55,046 nucleotides of DNA from a virus (taxonomy: Duplodnaviria > Caudoviricetes). Numbering within the stretch: the first letter of the stretch is position 1; each line of letters begins with the position of its first letter. Below the pieces are notes generated by a model. It was not told the origin of the DNA, did not search any database, and worked only from the letters and a program-made list of their open reading frames with translations. Position numbers and translations under genes: made by a program. Below are positions 28,719 to 36,928 of this stretch, piece after piece. The stretch covers positions 1 through 55,046 of the IMG/VR virus record IMGVR_UViG_3300020451_002514; one strand, given 5' to 3'.

Positions 28719-29782
28719 AAAAAGTAATAGTTACAGGAGTTACAGGTCAAGATGGTAGTAATATGGTCGATTATCTTTTGAGAGAAACTGATCATATGAT
28801 TATTGGAGGCGTTAGAAGATTAAGTGTTAAAAATCATCAGAACATTGAACACTTACATGATGAAGATAGGTTTTTCTTAATTGATTTAGATGTAACTGAT
28901 GCTCAAAATACTGATGAGGTAATAGCTGAACACAAGCCAGATTATTTTATTAATTTTGCTGCTAATTCTTTTGTTGGTACAAGTTGGAAAATGCCAACTC
29001 AACACATGGAGACGAATGCTTTAGCTGTGTTACATCAACTTGAAGCTATAAAAAGACATTGTCCTGATTGTAGATACTATAATGCTGGTTCTTCCGAAGA
29101 ATTTGGAGATGTTATTGAGACACCTCAAAGTGAAAAACATCCACTTAGACCTCGCAGTCCTTATGGAGCTTCTAAATGTTCGGCAAGACATTTAGTAAAA
29201 GTTTACAGAGATTCATATGATTTGTATGCTGTTCAGGGATGGTTATTTAATCACGAAGGTACAAGGAGAGGGGAAGAGTTTGTCACTAGAAAAATTACAA
29301 CTAATATAGCTCGAATTTCTTATGAATACGCGCACGAGAAACAATTTAAACCTTTGACCCTTGGGAATGTTGATTCAAAACGCGATTGGAGTGACTCTGA
29401 AGATTTCATGGATGGTATTTGGCGCATGCTAAACCAAGATCAATTTGACTCTTACGTGGATAATAATTATAAGCCAAAAGAATATGTTCTTTCATCTGAT
29501 GAAACTCATACAATTAGAGAGTTTGTAGAGGAGGCGTTTCACATTGCAGGATTTCATAGGTCAATGTGTAGGTGGGAGGGTAAAGGAGTTCATGAAAAAT
29601 ATTATCATGGAGAGGACTTGTTGGTAGAAATTAGCGATAAATTCTATAGACCAGCAGAGGTTGATTTATTATACGGTGATTCTTCAAAAGCTAGAAATGA
29701 ATTAAACTGGAAGCCTCAAACAGATTTTACAGGATTAGTTACCAAAATGGTTAAAAATGATTTAGAACTTGCATCTCTTTAA
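28715..29782 (+). CDS. gmd: GDP-mannose 4,6-dehydratase
   Basis: TGVTGQDGS; SSEEFG; PRSPYGASK; LFNHE; RDW; YRPAEVDLLYGD. Confidence 0.95.
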   Translation: MKKVIVTGVTGQDGSNMVDYLLRETDHMIIGGVRRLSVKNHQNIEHLHDEDRFFLIDLDVTDAQNTDEVIAEHKPDYFINFAANSFVGTSWKMPTQHMETNALAVLHQLEAIKRHCPDCRYYNAGSSEEFGDVIETPQSEKHPLRPRSPYGASKCSARHLVKVYRDSYDLYAVQGWLFNHEGTRRGEEFVTRKITTNIARISYEYAHEKQFKPLTLGNVDSKRDWSDSEDFMDGIWRMLNQDQFDSYVDNNYKPKEYVLSSDETHTIREFVEEAFHIAGFHRSMCRWEGKGVHEKYYHGEDLLVEISDKFYRPAEVDLLYGDSSKARNELNWKPQTDFTGLVTKMVKNDLELASL

Positions 29783-29797
29783 AGAGGTGCTTAAAGT
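29769..29797 (+). promoter_or_regulatory. Sigma70-type promoter of the replication operon, overlapped by a palindrome
   Basis: TTGCAT-N17-TAAAGT, with GCATCTCTTT/AAAGAGGTGC (one mismatch) at 29771-29790. Confidence 0.5.
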
Positions 29798-29802
29798 CTG
29801 GG

Positions 29803-30285
29803 ATGTCCAGTGGTTTTAAAACGTGTAAATCTTGTGGGAACAGCAAGGTTTTTTCTTTAGTGCAAAAATGCTCTTGCGGATTTGTATTTTATGAAAGAAG
29901 AAGACGTAAAGGTGAAAAAGTGAAAAGGAAACCAAACGAAAAATTTCGTCGTCTGAAAAAATTCGTTACAAGAAGTTTTTCGGATATAAAATTTTCTGAA
30001 GAGGAGTTAAGTAGGGAGGTTCATGTGGCTAAAGTTATGGTCGAAATTTGTTACTCTGATTATGATTTTATAGCAAAGTATACAATTCCTAGCTGGGTTA
30101 GAGATAAAAATACTTTACTTTGGTTTAAAACAACAGACGGTAAAAAATATTTAAAACGCAAATACGAAGAGTATTTATTTAAACCTGAAGCTAATGAAGA
30201 TATTTTTGTTGACGAGGGTGAAATAAAAGGCGAGAATATAATTTATAAGAAAAGAAAGAGTTTAAGAGATTTTTTAGATGAGTAA
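29803..30285 (+). CDS. Hypothetical protein with N-terminal zinc ribbon
   Basis: CKSCG...KCSCGFVF; basic protein; overlaps recA. Confidence 0.6.
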   Translation: MSSGFKTCKSCGNSKVFSLVQKCSCGFVFYERRRRKGEKVKRKPNEKFRRLKKFVTRSFSDIKFSEEELSREVHVAKVMVEICYSDYDFIAKYTIPSWVRDKNTLLWFKTTDGKKYLKRKYEEYLFKPEANEDIFVDEGEIKGENIIYKKRKSLRDFLDE

Positions 30286-31405
30286 GAAAAACGATAAAGG
30301 TAAGAGCGCTAGTGATTTTTCTAGCGAATATTTTAAGTCTAACAAAGACGATCACTATAATTATGCAAAAGCCGCAGAAGAATATTTAGTTTCTAGTGGA
30401 TCTATGTATATGGATCATGTTCTTGGAGGTGGGTTTGGTGCAGGGTTGCATAGATTCATAGGAGCTAATGAGGGTGGTAAAACCAATGCAGCTCTTCATG
30501 TAATGTTTAATATGTTCAAAAGTGTAAGTAAATCTAAGGGTTTATTTATAAAAGCAGAGGGTAGACTTAGCAAAGAGATAAAAGAAAGATCTGGATTGAA
30601 ATTTGTATATGATCCATCGGAATGGGTTAGTGGAACATGTTTAGTTTTTGAATGTAATGTTTTTGATACCGTGATAGACTATTTAAGAGGTTTGCTTAAG
30701 AATAATAGCGAGGATGAAAGATTTTGTATTATCATAGATAGTATGGATGGGATGATAGCTAAAGATGATCTAGAGAAAAGCACAAATGAAGCTAGAAAAG
30801 TCGCCGCAGGAGCTTTAATTACTTCAGATTTTTTGAAAAGGGTTAGCCTCGGTATGTCAAAGTTTGGGCATATGTGCATTATGATATCTCAAGTCAGATC
30901 ATCAATTAAAGCTAGTCAATATACAAAAAGTGATCCCAATAATCAGACTAACAGTAGTGGAGGTAATGCTATTTTACACTATCCTGATTGGATTTTAGAG
31001 TTTAGAAAGAGAAGGCAGTCTGAGCTTTTCTTACAAGACCAGAGTGCGATTTTAAGTTTAAGTAATAAACCAATAGGTCATATAGCTACAGTCAAAATAT
31101 TAAAATCTACAAATGAAACTACAGGACAGACTGTTCAATATCCTATAAAATATGGAAGAACAAATGGTAGATCTATATGGGTTGAAAAAGAGGTTATAGA
31201 TATGCTTCTGATGTGGGCCTTTTTAGTGAAAAGAGGGGCTTGGATTACAGTTGACTCAAGTTTACTTGAACACTGCAAGTCTCATAAATTAGATATGCCA
31301 GAAAAATTTCAAGGCACTAATAAAATTTTAGAGAATCTTGAAGAAAACCCTAAAATTAAACAAATTCTAAAAGACTTTGTAGAAAAAGAAATAATTGGAA
31401 AATGA
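30278..31405 (+). CDS. recA: RecA/UvsX-like recombinase
   Basis: SSGSMYMDHVLGGG; Walker A GANEGGKT; IIIDS; ISQVR; SSGGNAILHY. Confidence 0.88.
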   Translation: MSKKNDKGKSASDFSSEYFKSNKDDHYNYAKAAEEYLVSSGSMYMDHVLGGGFGAGLHRFIGANEGGKTNAALHVMFNMFKSVSKSKGLFIKAEGRLSKEIKERSGLKFVYDPSEWVSGTCLVFECNVFDTVIDYLRGLLKNNSEDERFCIIIDSMDGMIAKDDLEKSTNEARKVAAGALITSDFLKRVSLGMSKFGHMCIMISQVRSSIKASQYTKSDPNNQTNSSGGNAILHYPDWILEFRKRRQSELFLQDQSAILSLSNKPIGHIATVKILKSTNETTGQTVQYPIKYGRTNGRSIWVEKEVIDMLLMWAFLVKRGAWITVDSSLLEHCKSHKLDMPEKFQGTNKILENLEENPKIKQILKDFVEKEIIGK

Positions 31406-31815
31406 TTTTTCTTTGTACAAATGGTCGCAAAAAGAAAATAGTAAACTCAGTAAAGTATCTAATAGACTGGGATGCTGACTGTAAAAGCGGCATACAAAAA
31501 ACAGTAAAAAATGTTTTACATGATAGTTGGTTTGCTGATGTTGTCTTTGAGGAATTTCCAGTAGCAGGAACTAGGCTGACTTTTGATTTTTTTAACGCTA
31601 CAAGAAATATAGCAGTTGAAGTTGACGGGAATCAGCATTACAAGTACAACAAGTTTTTTCACTCTAATTCCAGACAAAATTTTTTATCTCAATTGCAAAG
31701 AGACGAAAAGAAAGAATATTTTTGTGAAATTAATAATATAACTCTGCTGAGGATTTTGGAATCTGAAATAGTAGAAGGACAATTCCCAAATAAAACTTTT
31801 TTGAATAATATATAA
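31402..31815 (+). CDS. DUF559/Vsr-like endonuclease
   Basis: FDFF...AVEVDGNQHY...RDEKKEYFCEINNITLLRI. Confidence 0.8.
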   Translation: MIFLCTNGRKKKIVNSVKYLIDWDADCKSGIQKTVKNVLHDSWFADVVFEEFPVAGTRLTFDFFNATRNIAVEVDGNQHYKYNKFFHSNSRQNFLSQLQRDEKKEYFCEINNITLLRILESEIVEGQFPNKTFLNNI

Positions 31816-31816
31816 T

Positions 31817-32041
31817 ATGTCTCTTGTAGAAGAAGAAAGCGCATTACCACAATCTTTGCTACAAAAACTCTATGACTCAACAGGGTCATCAACAGGGGGA
31901 AATAAAGGGTTTTTACTCGTGTATGTAAACTCTGAAGGAGAGCCTGTTATAAGCGGTAAAACTGAAAACTCTTGTGTAGAAATGGCTTTGACTAAGTTGT
32001 TAGAATTGAGTCTTAAAAATGATGAAAGCTTAAGTAGATGA
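31817..32041 (+). CDS. Hypothetical protein
   Basis: 74 aa, ATGA-coupled to dnaB. Confidence 0.6.
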   Translation: MSLVEEESALPQSLLQKLYDSTGSSTGGNKGFLLVYVNSEGEPVISGKTENSCVEMALTKLLELSLKNDESLSR

Positions 32042-33549
32042 TTAGCTCACAAAGTTTAGAGAAAAACGTTTTAAGCTGCATACTTCAACACCAACACAAG
32101 TGGGAGGAGGTAGCTACCTATCTTAATGAAGATGACTTTTATAGCGAAGACTCTAAAGTTAATTGTTCTATATTCAAATTGCTAAAACACTCTCTAGATA
32201 ACGCTGAGAGGATAGACGAACATATCTTAATAGAAAGATTAAAAGCTTTAGGTGTATCTTTTCCTGATAGTATTGATGTCGCTGAATACATCAGGCAAAT
32301 GGCATTCATACCTATCTCTGAAGACTTACTTTTACCTAATGTAAAAGAACTTAAAAAATATTCAGCTAGAAGACATATCTATAATGCTTGCACTAAAGTT
32401 AGTAGACATGTAAAAAACATAGACCCTAATTATAAATACTCAGAGATTATAGATGAGTGCGACAAGATTTATAATACTGAGCTTCAAAATTTTGAAGGTG
32501 GAGAAACTGAAACTCAAAACTTATTTGAGTTAATGTCTCCTGTTATTGAGGAAAGAGGAGAGAACCCTCAAACAGAATTCGGAATGATGGGACCACATAA
32601 AAGAATAAATGAAATATATGGGTCTTTGTTATTAGCAGGAAACATTTCGGTTGTGGTTGCAAGATCGGGAGTTGGTAAAACGAATTTTTGCATGGACTTT
32701 ACTACTAAAGTTTCTAAAAACTATAATGTGCCTGTTGTTCATTTTGATAATGGAGAAATGAGTGAGGAAGAACTTATTTTCAGGCAAGCTTCTGCGCTAA
32801 CAGGTTTGCCTATACATCTTTTTCAAACTGGAGAATGGAGGACACATTCTCGCAATAATATGTCAGCAGAAGAAGTTACTAAGACTGTTAGGGAAACTCT
32901 TGATAAAGTAAAAGGTATGAAATTTTACTATGAAAATGTTGCAGGAATGACTCCAGACGAAATGTGTTCTCTTCTTAAAAGGTTGTACTATACAAAAGTA
33001 GGTAGAGGTAATCCTATGATTTTTAGTTTTGATTACATTAAAAGTGATTTTTCTAAAATGGGAGATAACCCATGGCAGCAAGTTTCTTATATGGTTCATA
33101 GATTTAAACAGGCTATACATAGAGAACTTTGTTTTGAAGGAAACCCTTGTGTATCTATGATTACTTCAGTGCAAGCTAATAGATACGGCATAACAAACAA
33201 TAGAGGTGCAGATACTATAATTGATGATGAAAGTGTTGTTTCTCTTTCTGATGGTATTACACAATTTTGCTCTCATCTCTTTCTTTTGAGAAAAAAGGTA
33301 GTGGAAGAAATTCAACAAGATGGCATTGATAGAGGGACTCATAAATTTATAAATTTAAAATCAAGACACTTGGGCAAAAATCCATTGAGAGCTATAAATG
33401 ACGTAGAACTTTTAGACGGTTCTAAAAGAAAAAATTACATCAATTTAGAGTTCAAAAACTTCTCTGTTAAAGAGAGAGGAGATTTGCAAGATGTTGTAGA
33501 CTCTCAAAGAGGGACTAATGCTCACATTCATCAACAGCTAACTGATTAG
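32038..33549 (+). CDS. dnaB: Replicative DNA helicase DnaB-like
   Basis: N-terminal EKNVLSCIL..DDFY domain; ARSGVGKT; GEMS; FDYIK; QANR. Confidence 0.92.
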   Translation: MISSQSLEKNVLSCILQHQHKWEEVATYLNEDDFYSEDSKVNCSIFKLLKHSLDNAERIDEHILIERLKALGVSFPDSIDVAEYIRQMAFIPISEDLLLPNVKELKKYSARRHIYNACTKVSRHVKNIDPNYKYSEIIDECDKIYNTELQNFEGGETETQNLFELMSPVIEERGENPQTEFGMMGPHKRINEIYGSLLLAGNISVVVARSGVGKTNFCMDFTTKVSKNYNVPVVHFDNGEMSEEELIFRQASALTGLPIHLFQTGEWRTHSRNNMSAEEVTKTVRETLDKVKGMKFYYENVAGMTPDEMCSLLKRLYYTKVGRGNPMIFSFDYIKSDFSKMGDNPWQQVSYMVHRFKQAIHRELCFEGNPCVSMITSVQANRYGITNNRGADTIIDDESVVSLSDGITQFCSHLFLLRKKVVEEIQQDGIDRGTHKFINLKSRHLGKNPLRAINDVELLDGSKRKNYINLEFKNFSVKERGDLQDVVDSQRGTNAHIHQQLTD

Positions 33550-33551
33550 CG

Positions 33552-34589
33552 ATGAGTTACAAAGAAATTTTAGAAAATTTGGGTTATAAGCTTAGTGACC
33601 ATGGTAGTTACTGGAGAACAAGTGCGCTATATAGATCTGGAGATAATCCAACTGCATTACAAATTTATAAAGATTCAGGAGTCTGGAAAGATTACGTTGA
33701 GGATAGTATATTTTTACCTTTTGAAGCTTTGGTGCAAAAAACTACAAAAACTTCCAATGTAAAATCTATATTAAAAGACCTTAAAAACAGCGCATTAAGT
33801 GTAAAAACTGAGAAACGTTTATTGAAAGAAGAGAAAACATACGATGCCTCCTGTTTAAAGAGATTGTTGCCTCATTATGATTTTTATTTAAATAAAAATA
33901 TATCTAAGCAGACACTTTTAGATTTTAAATGTGGGTTAGCTCATTCTGGACCGATGTATCAAAGAATGGTTTTTCCTGTTTTTAGAGATGACCAAAAGAT
34001 TCATGGTTTCTCTGGTAGAAAAATAACTAACGATGATAGACCTAAATGGTTTCACAAAGGTAAAACTGCTAATTGGTTTTATCCTTATTTTACTGTCGAT
34101 GAAGTGGGCAAACAAATAAACTTAAAAAGGCAAGTTCATATAGTAGAATCTATAGGAGATTGCATGGCTCTTTATGAATGTGGGATAAAAAATGTTTTAG
34201 TTTCTTTCGGTTTGAATATGTCGCCAAAGTTTATTTCAAGATTAACAGGTTTAAATTTACAAAACATTTATATTTCTTATAATAATGACAGCGACTCAAA
34301 AACAAATAGAGGCTTTGAGGGTGCAGTTAAATCAATTTTCAAACTCGTAGATGCCGTAGACTTTGAAAAAATATATTTCTGCCCTCCTGACAGCAATGAT
34401 TTTGGAGATATGACAAAAGAGCAAATATACTTTTATGAAGATCGGTGTTTCTCTGCCGATCATCAAACATCTATGCATAAGGTTATATCTATCGCCGAAG
34501 ACATGGATAAAAAAGGTGTTAATAAATCGTTTTCTCAATCTTTAAAAAAGCTAAAGAAGAAATATAAATTTTATTATGGGCAGCCATGA
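33552..34589 (+). CDS. dnaG: DnaG-like DNA primase
   Basis: RMVFPV...GFSGR...PKW; TOPRIM IVESIGDCMAL; NDFGDM. Confidence 0.85.
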   Translation: MSYKEILENLGYKLSDHGSYWRTSALYRSGDNPTALQIYKDSGVWKDYVEDSIFLPFEALVQKTTKTSNVKSILKDLKNSALSVKTEKRLLKEEKTYDASCLKRLLPHYDFYLNKNISKQTLLDFKCGLAHSGPMYQRMVFPVFRDDQKIHGFSGRKITNDDRPKWFHKGKTANWFYPYFTVDEVGKQINLKRQVHIVESIGDCMALYECGIKNVLVSFGLNMSPKFISRLTGLNLQNIYISYNNDSDSKTNRGFEGAVKSIFKLVDAVDFEKIYFCPPDSNDFGDMTKEQIYFYEDRCFSADHQTSMHKVISIAEDMDKKGVNKSFSQSLKKLKKKYKFYYGQP

Positions 34590-35616
34590 AAACAAACCGT
34601 TATCAGCGTCTAGAATAAAAACATTACAAACTTGTTCTTGGCAATACTGGTGCAAATATCACTTAAAACTTCCTGATAAATCAAATGATGGTAGTTTGCG
34701 TGGAACTATATGCCATGCTATTTTTGAAAACCTTGGTAACCCAAGGCACAAAAAACACTATACAAGGATAATTAAAACTCAAAATACTTACGCTTCTCCA
34801 CCTATTAAGAGAATGGTTGAGGCTTACGCAAAAAAGCACGGTATTGATGATTTTGAAAATATGGACCTTATTAACAGGATGACTGTCGAGGGGTTGAATT
34901 GTGATTTTTTTGGTTCTAAAGATGGTAAGCCTACAGAGTCTATAAGTGAAAAAGATTTTGATATTTCTGTAACAGAAGGTGATAAAAATTATAGAATATT
35001 GGGTTTCATAGATAAGTTATTTCTTTTTAAAAGAAGAGGCCTTGCAATAATTAGAGACTTTAAAACATCTAAACAAATGTTTTCTGGCAAAGATTATACA
35101 GATAATATTCAAAATTTAATGTACTGCTTGGCTGTAAAACATCTCTACCCAGACTTCCTTAAGAGACAAATGGAGTTTTTATTTTTGAAGTTTGACTGCA
35201 ACAATGAAGGTATGATGAGGATGGATAACTTAGATAAAGAAGAGTTAGAAGGCTTTGAGTATTTTTTGACAGGTGTTCAAGAAATTATTAATAATTTTAA
35301 TTCAGATTCTGCAACAAAAAATTTAGCATACAACAAAGGTTACTTAGGTAGAGATGATGGGTTTGCTGGTAGAGTTGTTTGTGGTAGAGCGAGTTACGAA
35401 GGTCAACTTAAAAGAGATGGAACTTTAATGTGGCATTGCCCTTTTAAGTTTCCAAAGAAGTTTTATGTGCTTACAGATAAGGATGGAGAAGTTGTATCTT
35501 CCTCTGAAGACAAGAAAACTTTAGAAGCTAAAAAGACTGATGATCATGTCATAGAAATGAGAAATTATGATGGTTGTCCTGCTTTTTCTTTTGACAAAGT
35601 TGATGACTTGCTTTAA
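34576..35616 (+). CDS. PD-(D/E)XK exonuclease, Cas4/AddB-like
   Basis: LSASRIKTLQTC; RGTICHAIFE; GFIDKL..IRDFKTSK; QNLMY; C-terminal cysteines. Confidence 0.85.
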   Translation: MGSHENKPLSASRIKTLQTCSWQYWCKYHLKLPDKSNDGSLRGTICHAIFENLGNPRHKKHYTRIIKTQNTYASPPIKRMVEAYAKKHGIDDFENMDLINRMTVEGLNCDFFGSKDGKPTESISEKDFDISVTEGDKNYRILGFIDKLFLFKRRGLAIIRDFKTSKQMFSGKDYTDNIQNLMYCLAVKHLYPDFLKRQMEFLFLKFDCNNEGMMRMDNLDKEELEGFEYFLTGVQEIINNFNSDSATKNLAYNKGYLGRDDGFAGRVVCGRASYEGQLKRDGTLMWHCPFKFPKKFYVLTDKDGEVVSSSEDKKTLEAKKTDDHVIEMRNYDGCPAFSFDKVDDLL

Positions 35617-35619
35617 CAT
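35591..35619 (+). promoter_or_regulatory. Sigma70-type promoter before the DNA polymerase genes
   Basis: TTGACA-N17-TAACAT, 6 nt before the GTG at 35626. Confidence 0.6.
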
Positions 35620-35625
35620 CCAAAA

Positions 35626-36327
35626 GTGATTATTCCACTTTTTAAAACTAGTTACAGCATTGGCAAATCTCTTTTAAGAATTGAAGATATTATTGACATA
35701 GCTCAATCAAATAAACTTAAAAAAGTAACGCTTGTCGAAGATAATTTTTACGGATTTAGATCTGCAAATTCAGCATTTCTTCATGCTAACATACCTATGG
35801 TCTATGGCGTTAGACTGCCTGTGTTTCAAAGCGAGTCAGAAAGATCAAGTAAATTAGTTTTCTTTGCTAAAAATAACAGAGGTCTTAACAATCTTAGAAA
35901 TTTATATTCCAAGTCAAAGCTAAGTGCCTTGGAAGTGTTAAATATTTCAAATCTTGAGGATTCAGAGCTTGAGGATATAAAAATAGGAGTGCCTTTTTAT
36001 GATTCCTATATTTATAATAACATTTTTCATTTTGGTTTGTGCGAATTGAATTTAGAAAAGTTTGACCACTTTTATATGGACGAGGACAACAATCATCCTT
36101 TCGACTTTCAAATCAAAGAAAGGTTAAATAGTTTAAACATAAAAACACAAAAAACAAAAACAATTTACTATAGGAACAGGGAAGACTTTGAAGCTTTTCA
36201 AATGTATAAGGCTGTCTGTGCCAGAAAGCAGGGTAGAGTTCCAACTTACAGTAAACCAAATTTAAATGACTTTTGTTCAGATGACTTTTGCTTTGAATCA
36301 TACTTAGAAAACAATGCTTCCATATAA
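35626..36327 (+). CDS. Stand-alone degenerate PHP domain of DNA Pol III alpha
   Basis: PLFKTSYSIGKS...LVEDNFYG...YGVRL...LVFFAKNNRGLNNL aligns with the DnaE N-terminus but lacks the HxH metal ligands. Confidence 0.8.
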   Translation: MIIPLFKTSYSIGKSLLRIEDIIDIAQSNKLKKVTLVEDNFYGFRSANSAFLHANIPMVYGVRLPVFQSESERSSKLVFFAKNNRGLNNLRNLYSKSKLSALEVLNISNLEDSELEDIKIGVPFYDSYIYNNIFHFGLCELNLEKFDHFYMDEDNNHPFDFQIKERLNSLNIKTQKTKTIYYRNREDFEAFQMYKAVCARKQGRVPTYSKPNLNDFCSDDFCFESYLENNASI

Positions 36328-36928
36328 TCAAAAATATTTAGTTATAGACACTGAGACTGAGGGTCTTAATTTACATTCTTCAAAAACTTGGCAGCTTTCT
36401 TGGATTGTTTGTCAGGGTAATAAAATCTTAGAAGAACATGATGAGTTTATAACACACAAAAATTTAAATATCCCAGAAGTTGTCAAAAAAATGACTGGAT
36501 TCAATTGGGATAAGTATAACGAAAAATCAAAATCTTTATCTAAAGTTTGGTCAAAGTTTGAACAGTATTTATATGATCCACAATATATTATAGTGGGCCA
36601 AAATCTTTTAGGTTTTGATGTTTATATGTTGGCTTTATTGCAGAAAATGTTAGGCCAACAACCTGACTATTCTTACTTGCTTAGAATTTATGATACAAGA
36701 GCCTTAGCTAAAGCTTATAGAGAAAATCTGGATAAACCTAAAGGCAACTTATTAAGTTGGCAGTATAAACTTATAAATGATAGAAGCTTAAAGTCTAAAG
36801 TTTCTCAAGGTACATTACTAAAATTCTTTGACATTGATCACGACCCCTCTAGATTGCACAACGCTCTTTATGACATAAAAATGTGCTTTGAGGTGTTTTG
36901 TGAGCTTAAAAAAAGAATGGTTTTATGA
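36314..36928 (+). CDS. dnaQ: DEDDh 3'-5' exonuclease (Pol III epsilon-like)
   Basis: IDTETEG; GQNLLGFD; YDT; HNALYD. Confidence 0.88.
   Translation: MLPYNQKYLVIDTETEGLNLHSSKTWQLSWIVCQGNKILEEHDEFITHKNLNIPEVVKKMTGFNWDKYNEKSKSLSKVWSKFEQYLYDPQYIIVGQNLLGFDVYMLALLQKMLGQQPDYSYLLRIYDTRALAKAYRENLDKPKGNLLSWQYKLINDRSLKSKVSQGTLLKFFDIDHDPSRLHNALYDIKMCFEVFCELKKRMVL

Noticed and set aside
19008-29782. Bacterial O-antigen/capsule locus, implying a host chromosome or prophage flank
   Set aside because: No wzx/wzy/ABC export genes, and the cluster is continuous with phage-type nrd, replication and structural genes.
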